Positions 9,105-17,252 are shown, counted from the first letter of the stretch. The stretch is DNA of 64,000 nt from an uncultured Lachnospiraceae bacterium (GCA_900314295.1 OMUU01000107.1:5201-69200); one strand, 5' to 3'. Numbers and translations: made by a program. Notes: a model not told the origin generated them from the letters alone.

Positions 9105-10295
9105 ATGAAATGTCCATATTGTGGTGAACAAAATCCGGATACTGCGAGGCGGTGTTCGCGCTGCGGCAGACGGCTGGATAAGGTTCGGGTAAAAAAAAGA
9201 GAGCGCCAGCTTCTGCTTATGGGAATTATCCTGATTCTGGTGATTCTTGCCGCAGGAATCGGCGCGATGTTCGGCATATCGAAATTTCTTCAGGATGGCA
9301 AGGACAGCAGTCCGCAGAAGGTCACGATCAAGTCGACGCCGACGCCGGAGGCGGAATCGGTAAGCGGTTCTTCTTCGTCCTCCGTCTCTTCCAGCTCGGA
9401 GCCGTCCGTGACGTCGGCGGCAGAGGAGGAGAAGCTCACGGCTTCTATCGTGGACTCAAGCCGGCAGGCGCAGATCGACCTGCTCGGGTATTCGCAGGTG
9501 ACCGTGGCGAGCGCCGACGCCACCTCGACGATTTCCCAGGCGGGCATCGACAATACGCCGCACGTCCTGTACGACGGATCGAAGGACAGCAGCTGGCAGG
9601 ACGGAGTGGACGGACCCGGAATCGGCGAGAGCGTTACCTATCATCTGGATCAGGTCTATAAGATCAGGTTCCTGGTAATTCGCCTCGGAAACTGGTACGG
9701 CACGGATGACAATTATACGATGAACAACCGTCCGAAGACCATGACATTCAAGTTCGGCGATCAGAGTGTTCAGATTACCTTCCCGGATGAGAAGAAGGAA
9801 TTCTGCGTAGAGCTTTCCAAAGATGTGGAAGCGTCCGAGATTCAGATGATCCTTGATGCGGTCTATCAAGGCACGGCTTATGACGATACCTGCATCAACG
9901 AGGTCGACGTCTACGGCGTTCCGACCGGAGAAGCCGCGGCAGTTTCCGGAACAGATACAAATACAGCGGCAGGCACTGGCAGCCAGGCAACCGGAGCTTC
10001 CGGTAACGGGACCGATTCTATAGCATCCGGGGCGACGGGAACGGCAGGAGCAGACGGAACCGGAGGCGCAGGAACAGGCAGCACAGCGGGTGGAACAGGA
10101 ACCTACGGAGCGGATGCCTACGGTGGAACAGGAAACAGTGGCGCGGGTGTCTACGGAGGAACGGACGGCAGCACATATGGCAGCGGCAACACCGGCACCT
10201 ATGACAACGGTAACAGCGCAGGAACCGGATACGGAGACGGCACATACGGCGGGGCCGGGAACTACGGTCAGACGGATAATTACAGCGGATATTGA
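9105..10295 (+). CDS. Zinc-ribbon / single-TM protein with an extracellular discoidin-like (glycan-binding-type) domain and a G/T/Y-rich tail
   Basis: MKCPYCGEQNPDTARRCSRCG, then a TM helix (LLLMGIILILVILAAGIGAMFGI) and an S-rich linker. A domain follows with SWQDGVDGPGIGESVTYHL...CINEVDVYG, then a long GTG/YG low-complexity tail. Confidence 0.7.
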   Translation: MKCPYCGEQNPDTARRCSRCGRRLDKVRVKKRERQLLLMGIILILVILAAGIGAMFGISKFLQDGKDSSPQKVTIKSTPTPEAESVSGSSSSSVSSSSEPSVTSAAEEEKLTASIVDSSRQAQIDLLGYSQVTVASADATSTISQAGIDNTPHVLYDGSKDSSWQDGVDGPGIGESVTYHLDQVYKIRFLVIRLGNWYGTDDNYTMNNRPKTMTFKFGDQSVQITFPDEKKEFCVELSKDVEASEIQMILDAVYQGTAYDDTCINEVDVYGVPTGEAAAVSGTDTNTAAGTGSQATGASGNGTDSIASGATGTAGADGTGGAGTGSTAGGTGTYGADAYGGTGNSGAGVYGGTDGSTYGSGNTGTYDNGNSAGTGYGDGTYGGAGNYGQTDNYSGY

Positions 10296-10470
10296 AAAAC
10301 TGCCTTCAATTCAGGTGGGATTCATGGTATGATGAATGTTGTCCGAAGGATCTCAGATAGAAAGTGATTTATCGGAAGAAAATCGGATATGATGAACCCT
10401 GTCCGATGAATATCGGGAAAGGTTGATCAAGGTTAAAGCAGCAGACAACAGGTATTGGAGGTGTACTAAA

Positions 10471-10710
10471 ATGAAACTGCAGAACATTAAGGACGTAAAT
10501 GCATTTTTCAAGGTAATCGATGGTTGCAAGGGCCGTGTAGAGCTGGTTACCGCTGAGGGCGACAGACTGAACCTCAAATCAAAGCTCAGCCAGTACGTAT
10601 CACTTGCAAATATCTTCTCGAATGAGGCTTCCATCCCGGAGCTTGAGATCGTAGCTTCCGAGCCGGAAGATATCAAGGCATTGATGGATTTCATGATTCA
10701 GGGAAATTGA
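10471..10710 (+). CDS. Small conserved hypothetical protein (79 aa)
   Basis: The internal start MKLQNIKDVNAFFKVIDGCKGRVELVTAEGDRLNLKSKLSQY is preceded by GGAGG. A terminator follows. Function unknown. Confidence 0.55.
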   Translation: MKLQNIKDVNAFFKVIDGCKGRVELVTAEGDRLNLKSKLSQYVSLANIFSNEASIPELEIVASEPEDIKALMDFMIQGN

Positions 10711-10720
10711 TGAATACGAC

Positions 10721-10770
10721 AACCGCTTGGGCAGATGCAGCGATGCATTTTCCCGGGCGGTTATTTTTTT
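10721..10770 (+). terminator. Rho-independent terminator
   Basis: AACCGCTTGGG ... CCCGGGCGGTT stem followed by TTATTTTTTT. Confidence 0.6.
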
Positions 10771-10925
10771 GCCTTCTTGTTTTTGCTCTAGATGGCGCAA
10801 AGTGATGTGCTGCTGGTATGTTATGATATCGCAATAAAAACATTCATCGATTATTATGATATTGTAAAGATGAATCAGGAACAGAAGAGAATATTGATTC
10901 GAGCGGACTGACGCCGGAGGAGGGG

Positions 10926-11267
10926 ATGGATATGGCAATCGATCTGATCTCCGAAAAGGAGTTCCGGGACAAGATCGCCGCGGTTCGAAAGGATATGGAC
11001 GAGGGAATTTCCATGGCACAGAGCCTGAAGGATCATGGGATCTTTTCCGGCATGTACGCCAGGATGGTGATTCTGGGAGAAAAATCCGGCTCTCTGGATC
11101 AGGTTCTCGGCGAGATTTCCGGGTTCTACAGACAGCAGGCGCAGGAACGGCTCAGCCGTTTTATTTCCTCGATCGAGCCGATCCTGATCATCCTTCTTTC
11201 CCTGCTGACGGGCGCGATCCTTCTGAGTGTCATGCTTCCGCTACTGGGCGTGATCTCCTTTCTGTAA
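10926..11267 (+). CDS. Single T2SS-F (GspF/PilC) domain protein, about one third of a normal platform protein. It may be a truncated remnant.
   Basis: 113 aa. GMYARMVILGEKSGSLDQVLGEISGFY and the C-terminal EPILIILLSLLTGAILLSVMLPL match the last domain of PilC/GspF. The frame is open upstream only to a TGA at 10857-10859. GGAGGAGGGG lies directly upstream of the ATG. Confidence 0.6.
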   Translation: MDMAIDLISEKEFRDKIAAVRKDMDEGISMAQSLKDHGIFSGMYARMVILGEKSGSLDQVLGEISGFYRQQAQERLSRFISSIEPILIILLSLLTGAILLSVMLPLLGVISFL

Positions 11268-11506
11268 CCCACTGGGAGAAATTGAGGATATACGCACGGC
11301 TGCAAAACTAAAAAGCGCAACTCGTAAGCTGACGAAATGCATAAAGGCAGTTTGTGAGCAGAAGAAATGCATAAAGACAGCTCGTGAGCCGCTGACTGGG
11401 CGAGGGACGGGAGAAACTGGAATCTGGGGAAGTATACGGCATCCGATAAATTCATAGATTTAATAGGAAAACGGATGGATTTCAAGAAAACGGAGGGCAC
11501 TGGATC

Positions 11507-11848
11507 ATGGCGCGTTTTGCAAGAAAGAGACACAGCCGAAATTATACATATATGCGGCTTGCTGCGGCGGTTGTGGTGATTCTGGCCTTCGGAATCGGGA
11601 TTCATCTGATTGCCGTCGGCGACGAAAGCCGTCAGGAGAAGAGTCTGCGGCAGGCTCTCGAGAATGACATAACGGCCTGTTATTCGATGGAGGGAAGGTA
11701 TCCGGAAAGCCTGGCGTATCTGAAGGAGAATTATGGGCTCATCTATAATGAAAAACTGTTCTATGTGGACTATCAGGTGACAGGAAGCAACATCCGCCCG
11801 GTCGTCACCGTGATCCGGAGAGAGAAGGGGAGCGGAGAGGAATCGTAA
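11507..11848 (+). CDS. Hypothetical N-terminally anchored protein in the pilus-like operon
   Basis: 113 aa with a basic N-terminus and a TM helix (LAAAVVVILAFGIGIHLIAV). Confidence 0.5.
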   Translation: MARFARKRHSRNYTYMRLAAAVVVILAFGIGIHLIAVGDESRQEKSLRQALENDITACYSMEGRYPESLAYLKENYGLIYNEKLFYVDYQVTGSNIRPVVTVIRREKGSGEES

Positions 11849-11882
11849 TCCGGATAGAGAACAGGAGCGGAGAGTGGTAGAT

Positions 11883-11979
11883 CGTTCAGAAAATAGACGG
11901 ACCAATGATTTTGCAAGATGACGCTAGGTAAGGCCTTCTTTGACATTTCAATTGGTCTAGCCAATTAGTGAATGCTCTA
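11883..11979 (+). repeat. 97-nt intergenic element, copy A (contains TTGACA and a 7-bp GACCAAT/ATTGGTC stem)
   Basis: About 94% identical (6 mismatches by hand alignment) to the reverse complement of 30328-30424. It ends 50 nt upstream of the ATG at 12029. Confidence 0.8.
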
Positions 11980-12028
11980 GTAATGAGTGATGAAACGTTT
12001 CCGGAGATAGCGACACGGAGGAAATGAC

Positions 12029-12550
12029 ATGAACCGGTTTCGGGAGAGCAGAAAATCGAATGCATCGTTGATCGGAGCCTTTGCCGCCATATTGCTGGCA
12101 TTATTTTTTGCCGGAAGCGCGATTCTGGTTCTTTTATTCGGCGTGCGGGAATATGAAGCGACGGTGAGGAAGTCGTCCGAGGATTTTTCATCGCGGACGC
12201 TGTTGACCTATATCACAGAAAAGATTCATCATAACGACGCGGAGGGAAGAGTGAGTATCCGGACGGTAGACGGCGTGCCGGTTCTCGCGCTTGCAAGTGT
12301 CGATTCCGGTACAGAGTATGAAACCTTCATTTATGAATATGAGGGCAGTGTGCGGGAGCTGACCGTGACCGACGAAAATGGATGGCAGCTGGATGCGGGT
12401 GAACCGATACTGGAGGTGAAGGGTTTTACGCCGGAAGAACTGGAGCCGGGGCTCTTCTATTTCGATTGTCTGGACAGCAAGGGGGAGCGGGCGGAGACCT
12501 ATGTATACGCACACTCGGTTTCCGCAGGCACTGACAGAAGCATAAGGTGA
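12029..12550 (+). CDS. Membrane-anchored pilus-operon protein (DUF4860-like)
   Basis: 173 aa. The N-terminal anchor is SLIGAFAAILLALFFAGSAILVLLFGV. The assignment rests on context with pseudopilin-like genes and pilT, and is tentative. Confidence 0.5.
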   Translation: MNRFRESRKSNASLIGAFAAILLALFFAGSAILVLLFGVREYEATVRKSSEDFSSRTLLTYITEKIHHNDAEGRVSIRTVDGVPVLALASVDSGTEYETFIYEYEGSVRELTVTDENGWQLDAGEPILEVKGFTPEELEPGLFYFDCLDSKGERAETYVYAHSVSAGTDRSIR

Positions 12551-12562
12551 GGGGAGAGTTTC

Positions 12563-13042
12563 ATGAAAAAGCGGGAATCGTTTTTGTTCCTGATCGAACT
12601 GATGATTTCAATCTTAATTTTCTTCGGGGTCGCCGCAATCTGTCTGCTGATTTTTTCGAAGGCGCACCGTATGAACCGATCCGCGCAGGAACTGAACACC
12701 GCTTCACGGGCGGAGGCAAATCTGGCGGAAGTGGTCAGCAGCGCGGGAAGCGTCGAGGAGGCGGAAAACCGGATTAAGGAGGTCTGTCCGGAGGCGGAGT
12801 TTTCGGATCTGACCGGGGAGAGCGGCGTCGCGCTTGTCATTCCGTATGATTCGCATCTGAGACGGACGGACAAGCAGGCGGCGTATCAGCTGACCGCTGT
12901 GATCCAGATGGAAAGCGAGATGCTCCATGCGGACATGCATTTTTATCCGGTGGATGAGAAGGGGCAGAAAACAGGGGATTCGGTGTATGACCTTGTGACA
13001 AGGAATGTAATTCCGATTACGGAGGCAGAGAAGGCGGAATGA
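12563..13042 (+). CDS. Pseudopilin-like protein (prepilin-type N-terminal helix)
   Basis: MKKRESFLFLIELMISILIFFGVAAICLLIF has a short basic leader, then a conserved Glu in a hydrophobic helix. Confidence 0.55.
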   Translation: MKKRESFLFLIELMISILIFFGVAAICLLIFSKAHRMNRSAQELNTASRAEANLAEVVSSAGSVEEAENRIKEVCPEAEFSDLTGESGVALVIPYDSHLRRTDKQAAYQLTAVIQMESEMLHADMHFYPVDEKGQKTGDSVYDLVTRNVIPITEAEKAE

Positions 13043-13113
13043 ACGTGCCTATTAAAGACGAAGGGAAGACAAGGCAGAAGGAAGCTGCTTTTTATGGAGG
13101 ATGAGAAGACAGA

Positions 13114-13572
13114 ATGAATGTGCCATATTTTAGAAAAAAACGAACAGACCAGGGAGCTGCGTTTCCTTTTCCCCTGGGCCTGTCTCTTCTGTTTGTTTCC
13201 TTTCTCGCACTCTGCATCTTTTCTTTTGCGGTGCTTTCGCTCCTTACGGCGAGAAACGGGTATCGGATCAGTCAGAAGACCGCAGAACACCAGAGCGCAT
13301 ATTATGCCGCTTCGAATAAGGCAGAGGACCGGATTGCGGAGCTGAACGCCCAGTGGAGGGAGGCGAAAGGAACCGGGAAACAGCCTCCCGAAAAGGTATC
13401 CTTTCAGGTTGCGATCGACAGCGGAAGCGTTCTGTCTGTCGCTCTGGAAGGGAAGGACACGACAGAAGAGGGCGGCACAGCCGGTTATCAGATCACGGAA
13501 TGGAAGGAGATTTCAACGGGCGAATGGAAACCGGAGACAACGATTCCGGTCATGACGCCGGGCGTATCCTGA
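13114..13572 (+). CDS. Hypothetical membrane-anchored protein in the pilus-like operon
   Basis: 152 aa with the N-terminal TM helix LGLSLLFVSFLALCIFSFAVLSLL. Its stop abuts the pilT ORF. Confidence 0.5.
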   Translation: MNVPYFRKKRTDQGAAFPFPLGLSLLFVSFLALCIFSFAVLSLLTARNGYRISQKTAEHQSAYYAASNKAEDRIAELNAQWREAKGTGKQPPEKVSFQVAIDSGSVLSVALEGKDTTEEGGTAGYQITEWKEISTGEWKPETTIPVMTPGVS

Positions 13573-13632
13573 ATGAGAACGAGCAACAGCAGGACAGAAA
13601 TTGGAAGAAAAAGCTTCGAGGGACAGGAAGAG

Positions 13633-14694
13633 ATGGACATCACAGAAATTTTGAAAAAGGGAGTTGAGATGCAGGCGTCGGATATCTTTATCGTTGCCGG
13701 CGCGGCCCTTACGATACGAAAAGACGGTGAGATTCAGAGTGTTTCAGACACAAAATTAACGGCGGACGATACCAGGCAGCTGGTAGCCGGGATTTATGAG
13801 CTGGCGGAGAACCGGGACCGTCTGCCCTTGAAAAAAGAGGGAGATGATGATTTTTCCTTCCATATCGCGGGGCTTTCCCGGTTCCGGGTGAGCGCGTATA
13901 AGCAGAGAGGGTCGTATTCGGCGGTTATCCGGATTGTTGCCTTTGAGCTGCCGGATCCGTCGAAGCTCGGGATACCGGAGAGCGTAATCCGCACAGGCGC
14001 GCAGAGGCGGGGCATGGTGCTGGTGACAGGCCCTGCGGGCAGCGGCAAGACAACGACGCTCGCCTGTATCCTCGATGCCATCAACGCGCAGAGAAATGCG
14101 CATATTATTACGCTGGAGGACCCGATTGAATATCTGCACAGGCACAAGAGAAGCATTGTGAGCCAAAGAGAGATCCGGTCGGATTCAAACAGCTATCTGA
14201 CAGCGCTTCGCGCGTCGCTCCGGCAGAGCCCCGACGTTATTCTGCTCGGCGAGATGCGGGATTACGAGACGATCTCTGTCGCAATGACAGCGGCCGAGAC
14301 CGGACACCTGATTTTTTCCACGCTGCATACGATGGGGGCGGCCAATACCATCAACCGGATCATCGATGTCTTCCCGGCGAATCAGCAGCGGCAGATCGCA
14401 GTGCAGCTTTCCACTGTTCTGATGACCGTTATATCACAGCAGCTGGTTCCGTCGGTGGACGGAGGAAGAATTCCTGCCTTTGAGATCATGACGGTCAATC
14501 CTGCGATCCGGAATATGATCCGCGACAACAAGATCTATCAGATCAACGGTGTTATATACGGGTCTGCGACGGAGGAGATGGTCTCGATGGATAACAGCCT
14601 CTTCAATTTGTATCAGGCCGGGAAGATTACCAGGCAAACCGCGCTGGAGTGTGCGACTAACCCGGAAATGCTCGAGAGAAGACTGAAGGGGTGA
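13633..14694 (+). CDS. pilT: Type IV pilus retraction ATPase PilT
   Basis: Walker A GPAGSGKTTT, Walker B DVILLGEMRD, His box GHLIFSTLHT and the PilT signature AIRNMIRDNK. The start MDITEILKKG is an internal Met of ORF 13573..14694. Confidence 0.9.
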   Translation: MDITEILKKGVEMQASDIFIVAGAALTIRKDGEIQSVSDTKLTADDTRQLVAGIYELAENRDRLPLKKEGDDDFSFHIAGLSRFRVSAYKQRGSYSAVIRIVAFELPDPSKLGIPESVIRTGAQRRGMVLVTGPAGSGKTTTLACILDAINAQRNAHIITLEDPIEYLHRHKRSIVSQREIRSDSNSYLTALRASLRQSPDVILLGEMRDYETISVAMTAAETGHLIFSTLHTMGAANTINRIIDVFPANQQRQIAVQLSTVLMTVISQQLVPSVDGGRIPAFEIMTVNPAIRNMIRDNKIYQINGVIYGSATEEMVSMDNSLFNLYQAGKITRQTALECATNPEMLERRLKG

Positions 14695-14807
14695 TGACAG
14701 GCAAAATCGAATCTCTATGCACCGATGACCGGGAAAGAAATGCCTGCAGAATTGGAAAATCAGGAGAGCAGGGAAGATGCAGGGACGCGGGTCTTGTGAT
14801 ATCTGAT

Positions 14808-14835
14808 TTGACATTTTTCCGGTTTGCAGTATAAT
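14808..14835 (+). promoter_or_regulatory. Strong sigma-70-type promoter candidate upstream of the COG0523 gene
   Basis: TTGACA (14808-14813), a 16-nt spacer, then TATAAT (14830-14835). Confidence 0.5.
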
Positions 14836-14916
14836 GGTAGAGCTACGCAATAGAATAGTGCACAACCTAATCAGCCGCTGACAGCGGCGGTTCACAGAAC
14901 AGGAGAGTGATTTTAT

Positions 14917-16041
14917 ATGGCAAAGATAGATATTATTTCAGGTTTTCTGGGCGCAGGCAAGACTACGCTGATCAAGAAGCTTCTTGCGGATGCCCTGAAG
15001 GGACAGCAGGTCGTTCTGATTGAGAACGAGTTCGGAGAAATCGGAATCGACGGCGGTTTCCTGAAGGACGCGGGCATTGAAATCAAGGAGATGAACTCCG
15101 GCTGCATCTGCTGCTCTCTGGTCGGTGATTTCGGCGTTGCGCTGAAGGAGGTCGTTGACAAGTATCATCCGGACCGTGTGATCATTGAGCCGTCCGGCGT
15201 CGGAAAGCTGTCCGATGTCATTCGCGCGGTTGAGAAGAATGCCGGTGCTGCAGATCTTGAGCTGAACAGCGCGACGACGGTTGTCGATGTCACAAAGGCG
15301 AAGATGTATCTGAAGAACTTCGGTGAGTTCTTCAAGAATCAGGTGGAGGCTGCCGGAACGATCATTCTGAGCCGTATGGATACGCCGAAGGCCACAGACG
15401 CGAAGGTAGAGGAAGCCCTGGCACTGATCCGTGAGCTGAACCCGAAGGCGACGATTATCACCACGCCGGTCGAGCAGCTCAGCGGCAGGAAGGTTCTGGA
15501 CACGATGGAGGGTGTGAAGATCGATCTGTCTCTCGTTGAAGACGATGATGACGACGAGGACGAGCACGAGCATCATCACTACCATCACGATCATGATGAC
15601 CATGATGAGGACGATCATGAGCACTGTGACCATCATCATGATGACCATGATGAGGACGAGCATGAGCACTGCGGCCACCACCATGATCACGATGAAGACG
15701 GACACGAGCATCATCACGATCGTGATCACTGCGGCTGCGGCCATCATCACCATCATCACGATGCGGATGAGGTCTTCACCAGCTGGGGCCAGGAGACGAT
15801 CCGGAAGTACACCGCTGATGAGATCAGCAGCATTCTGGAGGCGTTGTCCGCGGACAATACCTATGGAACCATTCTCCGTGCAAAAGGAATGGTGGAAGGA
15901 GCCGACGGCAAGTGGATCTACTTCGACATGGTTCCGGAAGAGGCGGATGTCCGCGAGGGCGCACCGGAGTACACTGGGCGTCTGTGCGTGATCGGATCCG
16001 ATCTGAAGGAAGACAAGCTGAAGGAACTCTTCAAGCTATGA
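14917..16041 (+). CDS. COG0523/CobW-family G3E GTPase (metallochaperone type) with a long His/Asp/Glu-rich insert
   Basis: Walker A GFLGAGKTT, the CXCC motif GCICCS and Walker B-like DRVIIEPSG. An insert of about 75 aa reads DDDDDEDEHEHHHYHHDHDDHDEDDHEHCDHHH...HCGCGHHHHHH, followed by a CobW C-terminal domain. Confidence 0.9.
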   Translation: MAKIDIISGFLGAGKTTLIKKLLADALKGQQVVLIENEFGEIGIDGGFLKDAGIEIKEMNSGCICCSLVGDFGVALKEVVDKYHPDRVIIEPSGVGKLSDVIRAVEKNAGAADLELNSATTVVDVTKAKMYLKNFGEFFKNQVEAAGTIILSRMDTPKATDAKVEEALALIRELNPKATIITTPVEQLSGRKVLDTMEGVKIDLSLVEDDDDDEDEHEHHHYHHDHDDHDEDDHEHCDHHHDDHDEDEHEHCGHHHDHDEDGHEHHHDRDHCGCGHHHHHHDADEVFTSWGQETIRKYTADEISSILEALSADNTYGTILRAKGMVEGADGKWIYFDMVPEEADVREGAPEYTGRLCVIGSDLKEDKLKELFKL

Positions 16042-16201
16042 TAGGAGCCGACGCAGGGCTTTGCGATATCGTGATGATAACGCTTTTCTGAATGGCAAAG
16101 GTTTTTACAGCGACAGAATAGAGCGATTGCGATAGGACAATACCTGAGATAGAACATTGAGAATCAATAATTGAGAATCAATAATATAGAAAGCATAAAG
16201 T

Positions 16202-17158
16202 ATGGACGAGAATGAAATTGAAGTTCCGATTTATCTGATCACGGGATTTCTGGAAAGCGGAAAGACATCTTTTCTGAATTTTACGATTGCGCAGGATTAT
16301 TTCCAAATCGACGGTCCGACCCTTCTGATCAATACCGAGGAGGGAGAAGAGGAATACGATGAAAAGGAACTGCTGAAGTACAATACGGTGATCGAGACGA
16401 TCGATGAGCAGGAGCAGTTCAGCTACGAAAATCTCCGTTCCTTCCAGAGAAAGTACAGCCCGGAGCGTGTCATTATTGAATTTAACCCGCTCTGGAGCGT
16501 AGACAAGCTGTGGAAGATGCGTTTTCCGAGAGGATGGGGTATCGTGCAGCAGATCGTAACGGTGGATGCCTCCACGTTCCAGGTGTACCAGACCAATATG
16601 AAATCTCTGTTTGCGGAGATGAGCCGACAGGCGGACATGGTGCTGTTCAACCGGTGCACGAAGGACATGCCGCTCTCGAACTTCCGGCGCAGCTTTAAGA
16701 TCGTCAATCCGGGCTGTGACGTGCAGTTCCTGGATGTGGATGGGCAGCCCGTAGACATCTTTGAGGATTCCGTGCCCTACGATCTGGATCAGGACATCAT
16801 CGACATCGACGATGTGGACTACGGAATTTTCTTCGTGGACCTGCAGGACAATCCGGACCGCTACAAGGGCAAAAAGGTGCGCTTCAAAGGCATGGTTCTG
16901 AAGAGCCGGGAAGCCGGTGCGGATTTCTTCATGCCTGCGCGGACGGCGATGACCTGCTGTGCGGCGGATATGCAGTATATCGGGTATCTGTGTCACAGCA
17001 AAAATGCGGCAAAGCTGACCGAGGGAAGCTGGGTTCAGCTGACGGCGAGGGTCGACTATAAGTTCGTACCCATGGCGCAGGAAGAGGAGCCTGTCTTCCA
17101 GGCGATCACAATCAAGGCTGCGGAGCCGCCGGCAGTTGAGACGGTGTATTTCAATTAA
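16202..17158 (+). CDS. Degenerate G3E-like P-loop domain fused to a DUF1980/TIGR03943-like C-terminal domain (CC-x-x-D motif)
   Basis: P-loop GFLESGKTS and ERVIIEFNP, but no CXCC. The C-terminal KGKKVRFKGMV...ARTAMTCCAADMQYIGYLC...WVQLTARV resembles the DUF1980 C-terminal domain as I remember it. Confidence 0.7.
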   Translation: MDENEIEVPIYLITGFLESGKTSFLNFTIAQDYFQIDGPTLLINTEEGEEEYDEKELLKYNTVIETIDEQEQFSYENLRSFQRKYSPERVIIEFNPLWSVDKLWKMRFPRGWGIVQQIVTVDASTFQVYQTNMKSLFAEMSRQADMVLFNRCTKDMPLSNFRRSFKIVNPGCDVQFLDVDGQPVDIFEDSVPYDLDQDIIDIDDVDYGIFFVDLQDNPDRYKGKKVRFKGMVLKSREAGADFFMPARTAMTCCAADMQYIGYLCHSKNAAKLTEGSWVQLTARVDYKFVPMAQEEEPVFQAITIKAAEPPAVETVYFN

Positions 17159-17252
17159 GGGCTCAGAGCCGCCGGCAGTAGAAACAGTGTGCTTCAGCGA
17201 ATCGCGTGGAGCCGCCGGCAGTTGAGATCGTGCATTGGTTTATTTCAAGTGA
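17120..17252. repeat. Three tandem copies of the last ~40 bp of the preceding gene
   Basis: GAGCCGCCGGCAGTTGAGACGGTGTATTTCAA is the coding end. Diverged copies lie at about 17164-17202 and 17206-17252. Confidence 0.7.

Noticed and set aside
14836-14916. Cobalamin or metal riboswitch in the leader of the CobW-family gene
   Set aside because: The leader is only about 80 nt with one small hairpin (GCCGCTG-ACA-GCGGC). That is too short, and it lacks the B12-box or NiCo-type conserved cores as far as I can read.
14938-16996. Minus-strand ORFs 14938..15759 (273 aa, M/V/I-rich) and 16178..16996 (272 aa)
   Set aside because: Both are antisense to the two COG0523-like genes. The MMMVMM stretch is simply the reverse complement of the His/Asp codon repeats.
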